Part shown: positions 10,338-20,719 of the stretch, piece by piece
Numbering within the stretch: the first letter of the stretch is position 1
Layout: every line of letters begins with the position of its first letter
Source: an uncultured Actinomycetes bacterium
GTDB lineage: Bacteria > Actinomycetota > Thermoleophilia > RBG-16-64-13
Assembly (NCBI GenBank): GCA_963706025.1
Contig: CAVPLM010000008.1
Coordinates: 1-64,000 of the forward strand
Length of the DNA: 64,000 bases
Direction of reading: 5' to 3'
Translations under genes and position numbers: made by a program
The notes under the pieces: generated by a model
What the model was told of the DNA's origin: nothing
The model's database searches: none
The model's input: only the letters and a program-made list of their open reading frames with translations

Positions 10338-10961
10338 CTACCTGTCCACTGCCTCCAAGGAAACCGCGGCGTCAAGAAGCACCTCCCGCCCGTCTTGATA
10401 ATCGAATGAGGAGATGACGACGAGGGTGCCCTCCTTCTCAAGAACGAGGGTCGGCCAGCCTTCTCCACCGCTCCAGAATGTGTACTTGATGCCACCCTCC
10501 GTGAACTGCTCAGCCGTCTTGCCCGACGCCCTAAGTCCTGATTCGAGTTCCTTCCGCAGTGTCGAATCCGAGGCGGAGGATTCAAGAAGCGTGATGACGT
10601 CAGCGGGGTCGGGAGGCTCGCCCGCTCCGTCGTGGGCGTAGACGAGGTCGACCCTTCTCGCGCTCCTTACCTCCACACTCCGCAAGGGAAGGCACGTGAA
10701 GCTCGGGCCAAGCCAGAACACGTTGAAGCCCACCTGACTGGCAGCGACCCCGGGGTCTACCACCTCTCCTATCGGCGCGGGCGTCCAGGCACCAGCGCTC
10801 GTAGAGGTGGTCGAGACAGTGGTCGAGGTCGATGTGCTTGCTTCAAGGTTAGTCGTGGTAGTGGGGGGCGAGGGCGCATTCGTACAACTAGCGGTGAGCA
10901 GCACAACGAGAAGAAGTCCGAGTGTAGCCGAGAGTCCAAGCTTTCTTCCCGAGACGACCAT
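10338..10961 (-). CDS. Hypothetical lipoprotein with Ser/Thr-rich linker
   Basis: MVVSGRKLGLSATLGLLLVVLLTASC lipobox, PPTTTTNLEASTSTSTT linker. Confidence 0.65.
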   Translation of the reverse strand: MVVSGRKLGLSATLGLLLVVLLTASCTNAPSPPTTTTNLEASTSTSTTVSTTSTSAGAWTPAPIGEVVDPGVAASQVGFNVFWLGPSFTCLPLRSVEVRSARRVDLVYAHDGAGEPPDPADVITLLESSASDSTLRKELESGLRASGKTAEQFTEGGIKYTFWSGGEGWPTLVLEKEGTLVVISSFDYQDGREVLLDAAVSLEAVDR

Positions 10962-11363
10962 GGAGTGCGCCCCCTCCCAAGACCTGTAACACCTCTCAGT
11001 TCTTGGACGACTAGATTCTACTCCCGTTCCGCGCCGCTCCGCACGGCTACAGTGTCCCAAGAAGCGCAAACAGCATTGCCTGAAACTAGATCTGGAGTGG
11101 AAGATCGAGGTCTGGGCTACGGTAGTGGTAGCTACACCAAGGAATCGGGCGAGAAGAGGACTTCCTTCTGTGGGGTTTCCACTGTGGTTTCGGCCCGAGC
11201 GCGAGAGGTGGGCCTGCCCGGAGTGCGGGGGCCTGCAGTGCGAGCACACTACGGAGTGCATCTACTGCGGCCACGCCTGGCTATGAGCCCCTACCTTGTG
11301 GATTAGCGGAACTGTAACATCCCCGCTCTTTGCCCTTTCCGCTCGGGGTGCTAGGTTGCATCC

Positions 11364-13367
11364 ATGAAAGCGGCTGTGAATACGCGCTATGGATCGCCGG
11401 ACGTGATCGAGGTCCGTGAGGTACCGAAGCCGGAGCCTCGGGCGGGCGAAGTACTGGTCAAGGTACACGCGACCACGGTGAGTCGAACCGACTGCGGCCA
11501 ACTTCGCGCTCATCCCTTCTTCATGCGGCTGGTCACCGGGTTTGCCCGGCCCAAACACACCATCCTGGGGACGGATTTCGCCGGGGAGGTCGAGGCGATC
11601 GGCGAGAAGGTCACCTCGTTCGCCCCTGGGGATCGTGTCTTCGGCTTGACTCCGGGCGGCTACGGCGGCCACGCCGAGTACCTGTGTTTGTCCCAAGAAG
11701 AGGCGCTCACCCTGATGCCGGCTCGCATGGACTTCCACGAGGCGGTGGTGTGCGAGGGCGCCTGGTATGCGAACTCAAATCTCCAGCCCCTCGGCGTCGG
11801 CTCGGGCCACAGGACCCTCATCTACGGCGCCTCGGGCGCCATCGGCACGGCGGCGGTACAACTGGCGAAGTTCTATGGGGCGGAGGTGACCGCGGTCGTA
11901 GCGACCCGCCATCTCGACCTCGCCCGCTCCCTGGGTGCCGATCGCGTGGTCGACTACACGCTTCGAGACTACACCCGGATCGATGAGACCTTCGACTTGA
12001 TATTCGACGCGGTCGGGAAAGCCTCGTACTTCCAGTGCCGGCGATTGCTCAAGCCGCAAGGAGTCTTCGCGACCACGGACTTTGGACCCCACAACCAGAA
12101 CGTATTCCTCCTCTTCTGGGGGACGATCTCCAGAAACAGGCGGGTTGTTCTCGGCATGCCGAAGAACAGTCGAGACCTCGTTCAGTTCTTGAGAGCACGC
12201 TTGCAGGCCGGCGATTTCCGCGCAGTTATCGACCGAAGGTACCCGCTCGAGGCGATCGCCGACGCCTATCGCTACGTCGAGACCGGCCAAAAGACCGGGA
12301 TCGTCGTGATCGACATACCGCAAGCGAACCCGCGAACCTTGGCGCCCGGGCTTCAGTCGGACGCCTACCCGACTTCCCCCAGTGCGAGACCCATGAAAGC
12401 GATCGTGTTCGCTAGATACGGAACCGCCGACGACCTTCAACTACGGGAAGTGGAGCAGCCGAGTCCCACTGATGACGAAGTCCTCATCAAGGTGCACGCC
12501 GTCTCCATCAATGATTGGGACTGGGGGATACTGCAGGGCATTCCCTTTTCGAACCGCATGACGTTCGGGCTGCTCAGACCGAGGAGGCACATCCTCGGGT
12601 CGGACGTCGCCGGCCGGGTGGAGGCGGTCGGAAGGAAGGTGGAGAAACTCCGACCGGGGGACGAGGTCTTTGGGGATCTCAGCGGCCGCTGGGGTGGCTT
12701 CGCCGAGTATGTCTGCGCTCGCGAAGACGCTCTCGTGGGAAAACCGACCGGGATGACCTTCGTAGAGGCAGCGGCGATACCGCAGGCCGCGACACTCGCG
12801 CTGCAGGGTCTTCGCGACAAGGGTCGGATCGAACGGGGGCAGAGAATCCTCATCAATGGAGCGGGCGGCGGGGTGGGTACGTTTGGAGTCCAACTCGCCA
12901 AGCTCTACGAGGCCGAGGTGACCGGGGTAGATAGCACCGGGAAACTGGACATGCTCCGCTCGATCGGGTTCGATCACGTCGTCGACTACACCCAGGAGGA
13001 TTTCACCCGGCGAGGGGAGCGCTACGACCTCATCCTGGACGTCAAGACGAATCGGCCGCTCCGCGACTACCTTCGCGTTCTCAACCCCGGGGGGACCTAC
13101 GTCACGGTGGGTGGTGCGAGTTGGCCGATCGCCAAGGTCATGCTGCTCAAACCTCTTGTCTCTCTCATCCGCAAGAAGAGAGCGGTACTCGTGTTCCTGA
13201 AGCTTAACAAAGACCTGGACTACATCTGTGAGTTGTATGAGGCCGGCAAGCTCAGGCCTGTGATAGACGGACCGTACGGGCTCGGCGAGGTGCCTGAGGC
13301 GATGCGGCACTTCGCCGAAGGGAAGCACAAAGGCAAGGTGGTTATCAGCCTGGAGGGCAGCGACTAA
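11364..13367 (+). CDS. Tandem two-domain MDR-family NAD(P)-dependent oxidoreductase
   Basis: Two complete MDR units (MKAAVNTRYG...GASGAIG...GQKTGIVV and, from 12393, MKAIVFARYG...GAGGGVG...GKHKGKVV) in one ORF. Confidence 0.85.
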   Translation: MKAAVNTRYGSPDVIEVREVPKPEPRAGEVLVKVHATTVSRTDCGQLRAHPFFMRLVTGFARPKHTILGTDFAGEVEAIGEKVTSFAPGDRVFGLTPGGYGGHAEYLCLSQEEALTLMPARMDFHEAVVCEGAWYANSNLQPLGVGSGHRTLIYGASGAIGTAAVQLAKFYGAEVTAVVATRHLDLARSLGADRVVDYTLRDYTRIDETFDLIFDAVGKASYFQCRRLLKPQGVFATTDFGPHNQNVFLLFWGTISRNRRVVLGMPKNSRDLVQFLRARLQAGDFRAVIDRRYPLEAIADAYRYVETGQKTGIVVIDIPQANPRTLAPGLQSDAYPTSPSARPMKAIVFARYGTADDLQLREVEQPSPTDDEVLIKVHAVSINDWDWGILQGIPFSNRMTFGLLRPRRHILGSDVAGRVEAVGRKVEKLRPGDEVFGDLSGRWGGFAEYVCAREDALVGKPTGMTFVEAAAIPQAATLALQGLRDKGRIERGQRILINGAGGGVGTFGVQLAKLYEAEVTGVDSTGKLDMLRSIGFDHVVDYTQEDFTRRGERYDLILDVKTNRPLRDYLRVLNPGGTYVTVGGASWPIAKVMLLKPLVSLIRKKRAVLVFLKLNKDLDYICELYEAGKLRPVIDGPYGLGEVPEAMRHFAEGKHKGKVVISLEGSD

Positions 13368-13460
13368 ATAGTCCCCGAAGAATGCCTCAGATCGCGGAAA
13401 GAGCTCTGTACACCCGCATCGCCCGTTCGGTTGATGCGATCCGGCCGCGCCGGCCCATCA

Positions 13461-15323
13461 TCACAGACGCCGCCCACAACCGGGGCAGAACCGGGCTCCG
13501 GGCGCGAGAGTGCCGCCGCACTCCGAACAGAAGGCGGGCGTAGTTCTGAGCTCCTGGGCAGCGACTCCAGCCGCCACGGTCGTCGCAGCGGCGCCGTCGG
13601 CGCCTGCCCCTGTGGTGGTGTCGGTGCCCCCACGTCTCCCCCGGCCCAGCACGAAGGCGAGAATGGCCAGAGCCGCCACGGCTACCACCGCCAACACGGC
13701 GATAAGGGCGATCCAGCCGCCCGAAAGGCCGCCATCGGCCAGAGCCTCAACATCGCCGCCGGCGTCTCCCTCGCCGCTGCCGGCACCAGTGGCATCGTTC
13801 CCGTCCCCCGTGCTCCCGGTCCCGCCCTGGCCACTTGTCGTTTCTCCCGAGCCGCCGCTCCCGGTAGTTGAGGTGTCGCCGACCGCCGTGGTGCCGGTCG
13901 TGTCCCCGCCCGTGGCCAGCCCCAACGCCACAAGGGACTCGGTCGACCACCAGAAGGGCCGCACCGCCACCCCGCCCGTGCTGACGATCTCGTCCCCGAC
14001 ATCGCCGATGACCACATCGTTCACGGTGTCGATCACCACCGCATGCCGGATAGGACCTCCGCTGAGATACGCTTTCTTGCCGTCCGACCGGACGGCTATC
14101 TCGCGCGGTCAGTAGGCTTCCAATGGTATCCGCTTGACCATCTCCTTGCGTTGGGTGTCGATCACCCCACAGAAGAAGTCCTCGGCCGTCGGTACTGTTG
14201 GAACGGTCCGCTGTTCGAGGATCTGCAGAACGCCGTTGTCCGCGCTGCAGACTACGTACGCCTTTGTTCCGTTCGGCACGATCCCCAGCCCGATAGAGAA
14301 GGACGGCTCCGTACTCACGCTCCACAGGTCTTCGAGTGTCAGCGCGTCGACCACCCGCACCCGCTTCTCGTAGGTCTCACTGAAGAACACCTGGGAGTCG
14401 TCCGGTTTCACGGCGATGGAAGCCACCACACCGGTACGGATCTCCTTGAGGATCTGCCAGGTCTGGAGGTCGATGCAGACGAGGCGGCTGTTGCGGTCCT
14501 CCATGATGGTCCTGAGCCAGTCCATGTAGCTCCGAGGGGCCAACGCGCCAAAGCTGCTGGCAGATACATAGGCGCGCTTCCCGTCGAAGCTAACAGCCAC
14601 GGCGCCGCCGTCCAAGTCGGGCAGAGTGCGGACCACCTGATCGGTAGCCGTGTCCACCACCTGGAGTCCTGCGGACGTGCCGACCAACACCCATGCTCCG
14701 TCGGGAGTGCAGGCCACCGCGCCGGAAAGCGAACCGAGGAGATCATAGGACATCAGGGTCTTTTCAGGGTCCTGCAGCCCCTTCATCAAAGCCATGGGAT
14801 CGCGGGCTTTCAGCCCCGGCAGAGCGATCGTCAGTATCTCCTTCATACTGTCGGCGTCGAAGACGTGAAGCACAGGCTCATACTCATCGGTCATATAGAC
14901 TCGGCGACCATCAGGGGACACGGCCACATCCTGAAGCGAGCTGCCCGCTTGCGGTCGGGCGACCAGAGTATCGGCCTCGGAGTCTATGAAGGCCGCGGCA
15001 CCGCTATAGGGGTCGGCTCCTTGCTGGTACTTCGCCGTGTCCATATCGGTCTCGCCAACGTAGGCGAAGCGCGGGAGCGCCAGCCGCCGTTCGATCTCCG
15101 AACCGCCGGTCTTTTCACCGGCGCCCGGGATCGTCGCCAGGGTAGGGGGAGCAACCGGGGCGTTGCCACCGGTGGAGGTCGCGGTCTCGACGCCGGTGGC
15201 CGTCGTTGCTGCCGTCGCAGCCATAGCACCTGTCGATCCGCTTCCCGAGACGACGACTAGAACGACGGCCAGCAGTAGGCACAAGGCCACAATGCCCGCT
15301 CGAAGGGCCTGGCTGGGTCTCAC
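13461..15323 (-). CDS. Surface YncE/YVTN-like beta-propeller with C-terminal TM and zinc ribbon, interrupted by one in-frame TGA (14109-14111)
   Basis: ORFs 14109-15482 and 13461-14039 share a frame; blade repeats (VAVSPDG, VACTPDG, IAVKPDD, IVPNG) continue past the TGA as PREIAVRSDGKKAY; C-terminal FCSECG...FCPGCG. Confidence 0.8.
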
Positions 15324-15649
15324 GACGGTCCCCCCTTCCGCTCGCGATGCCCGGTGCCGCGCAACCTCCGCGGCGTCTGTAGTCCAGCATCGGCAGGGTT
15401 TTTCGTATTCTAAAGCTTTGATCGACCCTACGCAAAGAACCTGCATCGATCGCATGACCCACCGCGGAGCTCCGTCGAACAACGGGATGAACCGTCGTCA
15501 CCGGTAGACTCCGCTTCCCCTTGACAAGCCCCCAGACCCACAGCAGTATGGAACCATAGTGAAATGGGTGTCGTTGCGGTCGCTGCCGGAACTCGTCGGT
15601 GGAGGCGGCTCGGTCACCATCGTCGCCTCTTGGGGAGAAGGGAGTGGGA

Positions 15650-17942
15650 ATGAGAAGGATGCGAGTCGGTCTCGGACTGCTGGTGGCGGCGGTCCTGGTA
15701 CTAGCGATGGCGGTCCCCGCTTCGACGGCCGCTGAGTTCACGGATATCGACGGCCACCCATACGAAGCCGGTATCCTGGATATCGCGACCCGGGGTTTTG
15801 CCGGCGGATACGCAGACGGCACTTTCAAACCCGATGATCCTCTGTTGCGCCAGCAATTCGCCAAGATGGCGGTGCTCACCTTGGGCTACGAGGTCACGGC
15901 CGCCGATCAGTCCACCTTCAAGGACACTCCCGACCCCTACGACCCGGTGAACAACCCGCTCTACCCCGGCAGCTATGCGGCGGTGGCGGCGGCCGAGGGC
16001 ATCATGTACGGCTACCTGAACGGCAACTTCGGGTTCACCGACAACGTCACCCGGCAACAGGCCATCAGCGTCGCAGTGCGCGCAGCCGATGACGCGCTGG
16101 CGGAACCGCCGGCAGGCTGGACTGGGGTCCTCGACTACTCCAATCCATTCCATGGCGCCAACATCAAGAAGGCCGAGTACAACGGTATGCTGGCCGGCAT
16201 CGTCGACCTGGCCCACTGGGACACGACCCAGAATGCCACCCGGGGTGAAGCGGCCGAGATACTGTCGCAGCTCTTTGACAGGGCCGGAAAGGCCGACGTG
16301 GTTCTCACCAACGGCGTTGTCTACACGGTGGACGATGGACGCACGGTGGCCGAGGCGATAGCCGTCCGGGGTGACAGCATCGTCTTCGTCGGCAGCAGCG
16401 CCGACGCCGAGGAATGGATCGGTGACCACACCGAAGTCGTCGACCTGGAGGGCAAGCTCGTCCTTCCCGGCCTTATCGACAGCCACGCCCACGCCACCTC
16501 GGGCGTCTCCGATATCTACGAGGTGCCGCTCTACGGGATCGGCTCGGTGGAGGAGTACCAGCATGGCCATCGCCGACTTCCTCGCCGCTACGCCCGGTCT
16601 CACGGCCCTGCAGGGCGCAGGCTGGATCAACTCGGTCTTCGGGGAGTACGGCCCCACGGCCGCTATGCTGGACGAAGTGTGCCCGGACATTCCCGCGGTG
16701 CTGAACTCCGAGGACTACCACTCCGTCTGGGTCAACACCAAGACCCTGGAGCTGGCGGGGATCACCGCCGACACTCCGGACGTGGCAGGGGGCGTGATCG
16801 AACGGGACGCCGACGGCAACCCGACGGGCACCCTCCGGGAGAACGCCGTGGAGTTGATAGCGGACGTGATCCCGCCCTATACCCCCGAACAGCTGGTGGA
16901 AGGTCTCACCTACTTCCAGGATTTCGCTCATTCCTTGGGCCTGACCACGGTCTACATCCCCAGCCTGCCGAGTGGAGACGCGGCCGGGCTGCAGGCGCTG
17001 CACGACTTCGATGCCTCGGGGGACATGACTATACGGTTCCCGACCGCCATGAACGTGGATCCGGAGGACGACGTTTCGCGCGTGGATGAGATCGTTGACA
17101 CCAAGGCGGCGGAGGCGGGGGGCAACTACGAGATCGTCGCTGCCAAGATCTTCATGGACGGCGTGCTGGAGGGCGTGACCGCTTACCTGGAGGAGCCCTA
17201 CGACATCCGGCCCGACTATCGGGGCGAGCTGCTCTGGGATCCCCAGCACTACAAAGAGATGTGCGCCGCCCTCGACAAGGCCGGCGTCCAGATCCACGTC
17301 CACTCAATTGGTGACGCCGCCACCCGTATCACCCTGGACGGCTTCGCCTACGCCCGCCAGGAGAACGGGGCCCGCGACGCCCGCGACATGATCACCCACC
17401 TGCAGCTGCTGAACAAGTCCGACATCGCCCGCTTCGCCGATCTGGGCGTGATCGCAGTGCCCCAGCCTTACTGGTTCGTGATCGACACCTACTACCATCA
17501 GGCGGTCGAGTACGTGGGTCAGGAACGCGCCGACGAGCAGTACCCGATGAAGAGCTTCTTCGATGCCGGCGTGACCGTGGCCTCGGCCAGCGACTACCCG
17601 GTCTCCTGGCCGCCCGATCCGATGCTGGCTATCGAGCTCGGCATCACGCGCACGGTGCCGGAAGGTTCTGAGATCTACGTCGATCCCGACTACGACACCG
17701 CCCTGTGGCCGGCCGAGTGCGTGACGGTGGAGCAGATGATCGAGTCCTTTACCGTCAACGGCGCGAAGGCCATCTTCAAGGAGGACGAGATCGGTTCACT
17801 CGAGGTGGGCAAGGTAGCCGACCTGGTCGTTCTCAGCCAGAACATCCTCGAGATCGATCCCGGCGACATCCACAACACGATCGCCCTGCTGACCTACTTC
17901 GCAGGACAGGAGGTGTACCGCAGCGAGCAGCTCACCCAGTAG
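15650..17942 (+). CDS. Secreted SLH-domain amidohydrolase (YtcJ/Amidohydro_3 family), one frameshift near 16560
   Basis: Signal peptide, SLH (FTDIDGHPY...GYADGTFKPDDPLLRQQFAKM), PGLIDSHAH, KIFMDG, HVHSIGD, GSLEVGKVADLVVL. Confidence 0.88.
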
Positions 17943-18364
17943 GGTGCTGCGATTCGTCAAAGACACAGCAGTTGCGGCGTCCCGGCTCAGGGATGCCAGC
18001 GCGGGCACCCCGTGCCGCTAGGCCGCGCATACCGCTCAGGACCGGCTTCCCAACCGAGACCGAGTGAATGGCTGATGCATGAGCCGCTCTAGCCCGCGAG
18101 CGAGATCTTTCTCTCCCGGCTCTGGCGCCCGTGGTTCACGGTCTTAAGCAGCGGGGAGAGGGCGAGCCCTGGGGTGCAGACGAGCAGATTCTACTCTCGT
18201 TCCGCGCTGGCCTCAGTAGAGATGGATGGTCGGGTTACTCCAGGTGGCGCGAGAGCTTGCCCGCCAAGCTGGGCACGCATATAGTTAGGACAGGGCAATC
18301 AGACTGGGCTGTCTCGCAGCCCTGCGGGACGCCGCGCATCTCCGGCTTGAGAGGGGGGTCGAAC

Positions 18365-20092
18365 ATGAAGCGGGCTACGGTTGTCACCGTGCTTGTGGCA
18401 ATGCTGCTGGTACTTCTGTCCGCAGGCGACGTTTTGGCCGCGCCGGGGACCTTCATCACCATTCAGCTCACCGCCAACGACGGCCCCGACCTGGCAGCGT
18501 GGGTCTCGGGCGACCGCGTGGTGTGGTGCGGGGCCGGCGGCAGCGACGGCGGTTCCGACTATGAGGTTTTCACCTGGACACCCGCCGTTGGCACCGTTCA
18601 GCTCACCGAGAACAACACCGCGGACTACAGCGGGGGTGTCTCGGGCGACCGTGTCGTGTGGGACGGAAGGGGGAGCGCCAGTCAGGACATCTTCACCTGG
18701 ACACCTGCGGATGGCACTGTCCCGCTGACCACTGACGCTTCCCACGATTACCACCCGCAGATCTCGGGCGACCGCATCGTGTGGTCGGGCTTCTCGGACC
18801 TCTTCACCTGGACACCCGCCGGCGGCGATGTCCGGCTCACCACCGACAGTATGGACGGTGCCTACCCACGAGTCTCGGGGGACCGCGTCGTGTGGTGCGG
18901 CAAGCGCGGCAGCGACGGCGATACCGACTACGAGGTCTTCACCTGGACACCGGCGGGTGGCGTCGTCCAGCTTGCTGCCAACAACACCGAGGACTGGAAT
19001 GCCCGGGTTTCGGGCGATCGTATAGTGTGGACCGGCTCCGGTGGCACGGATGGCGGTACCGACTACGAGGTCTTCACCTGGACACCGGCGGGTGGCATCG
19101 TCCAGCTTACTGCCAACGGCACCGAGGACACAAACGGGTGGGTCTCGGGCGACCGCGTTGTGTGGTATGGCCGGGGCGGCAGCGACGGTGGCCCCGACTA
19201 CGAGGTCTTCACCTGGACGCCCACCGGCGGGGTTGTTCAACTGACCCAGAACAACACCGACGAGTGGGATCCGCTAGTCTCGGGCGACCGCATTGTGTGG
19301 AGCGGCACCGGTGGCACGGATGGGGGCGCTGACCGGGAGATCTTCACCTGGACGCCGGCGGGCGGCACCAGCCAGGTCACCAGCAACAGTACCGACGATC
19401 TCTCTGCAGTAGTCTCAGGTGACCGCATGGTGTGGTATGGCGTCGGCGGCAGCGATGGGGGTATCGACTCCGAGATCTTCACAGCCGTCCTCGCCCCTGC
19501 CCAGAGCTTCCCCGACGTGCTCTACACCCACCCCTACTACACCGCCATCGGCGGTATGGCCTCCCGAGGCGTCATCGGAGGCTACACCAACGGCAACTTC
19601 GGTCCGGGAGACCTGGTCATCCGTCAGCAGTTCGCCAAGATGATCGTGAAGACCTTCGGTCTGACCGTCACCGGTAGCGAAGTCTGCCCCTTCGTGGACG
19701 TCCTTCCCGGCACCGGCACCGATCCTTTCTACCCGCTCAAGTACGTGGCTGTCTGCGCGCAGAACAGCATCACCAAGGGCGTGGACGCCACCCATTTCAA
19801 TCCCTACGCCAACATCACCCGCCAGCAGGTCATCACCATGGTGGTGCGGGCGGCCGACAACCTGGCCCCGGGCACCCTGCAACCGGTGCCTGATGGCTTT
19901 GGCGGAGTGCTCCCCGCCGGAGACCCTACCCACGGAGCCAACATCAGGAAAGCCGAGTACAACGGCCTACTAGACGGCATCTGGGCGTCGAACTCCACCC
20001 CGGCTCTGGCCGGCTGGAACACCGGCGGCAATGCCAGCCGGGGCGAGGTGGCCCAGATCTTGTGGAATCTGCTTGCCAAGAGGGTGGATTGA
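18365..20092 (+). CDS. Secreted 8-repeat beta-propeller-like protein with C-terminal SLH domains
   Basis: Signal peptide MKRATVV..., 8 x (V/I)SGDR(V/I/M)VW repeats, SLH FPDV...GYTNGNFGP...RQQFAKM. Confidence 0.85.
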   Translation: MKRATVVTVLVAMLLVLLSAGDVLAAPGTFITIQLTANDGPDLAAWVSGDRVVWCGAGGSDGGSDYEVFTWTPAVGTVQLTENNTADYSGGVSGDRVVWDGRGSASQDIFTWTPADGTVPLTTDASHDYHPQISGDRIVWSGFSDLFTWTPAGGDVRLTTDSMDGAYPRVSGDRVVWCGKRGSDGDTDYEVFTWTPAGGVVQLAANNTEDWNARVSGDRIVWTGSGGTDGGTDYEVFTWTPAGGIVQLTANGTEDTNGWVSGDRVVWYGRGGSDGGPDYEVFTWTPTGGVVQLTQNNTDEWDPLVSGDRIVWSGTGGTDGGADREIFTWTPAGGTSQVTSNSTDDLSAVVSGDRMVWYGVGGSDGGIDSEIFTAVLAPAQSFPDVLYTHPYYTAIGGMASRGVIGGYTNGNFGPGDLVIRQQFAKMIVKTFGLTVTGSEVCPFVDVLPGTGTDPFYPLKYVAVCAQNSITKGVDATHFNPYANITRQQVITMVVRAADNLAPGTLQPVPDGFGGVLPAGDPTHGANIRKAEYNGLLDGIWASNSTPALAGWNTGGNASRGEVAQILWNLLAKRVD

Positions 20093-20201
20093 CGAGCCAA
20101 GCATGATACGGTCGCCGGGCGGATTGACACCTGGGCCCATCGGTCTATCCTAGAGCCAAGCGTAAAGGACGTGATCTTCCCCATCCAGGAGGAGGGCCGA
20201 G

Positions 20202-20459
20202 ATGGCCGAGCAAGAGATCGGGGTGGTGTCTCACTATTTCGACAGGATCGAAGTCGCCGCGATCCGTCTCACCACCGGTGTGCTCAGAAGCGGCGACAAG
20301 ATCCGCATCAGCGGACATTCGTCGGACTTTCAGCAGGTGGTCGCTTCGATCCAGATCGAGCACGCGGCTGTCGCCGAAGCCAAGGCCGGCGACGAGATCG
20401 GCATCAAGGTCGACCAGCGCGTCCACGAGCACGATAAGGTATTCAAGATAGAGGACTGA
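20202..20459 (+). CDS. Small EF-Tu domain-2-like beta-barrel protein (peptidase U32 C-terminal-like)
   Basis: IGVVSHYFDRIEVAAI...GDKIRISG...AKAGDEIGIKV; RBS GGAGGAGG; upstream TTGACA-N16-TATCCT at 20124-20151. Confidence 0.75.
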   Translation: MAEQEIGVVSHYFDRIEVAAIRLTTGVLRSGDKIRISGHSSDFQQVVASIQIEHAAVAEAKAGDEIGIKVDQRVHEHDKVFKIED

Positions 20460-20719
20460 TCCCGGCGCCGTACGAATCTGCGCCCCGGGGAGAATCGCGC
20501 CCACCTTCCGGCGCGAACGCGCCGGCCCGAAGACGGCCGGCGCTCCTTCAACCCGTCCCCCAATCGCTCGCCCATGCGCTAATCTGGTGAACGGCGGCCT
20601 GTGCCGCCGGGACGACCTGAGCAGCGGCCCACCTCGCACCAATGGCCGCTGCCGCCACAACCTGCGTCGCTCCCGGCGTTCCAGGTCTCTGACAGAAAGC
20701 CGACTTACTGGGAGGAGCG

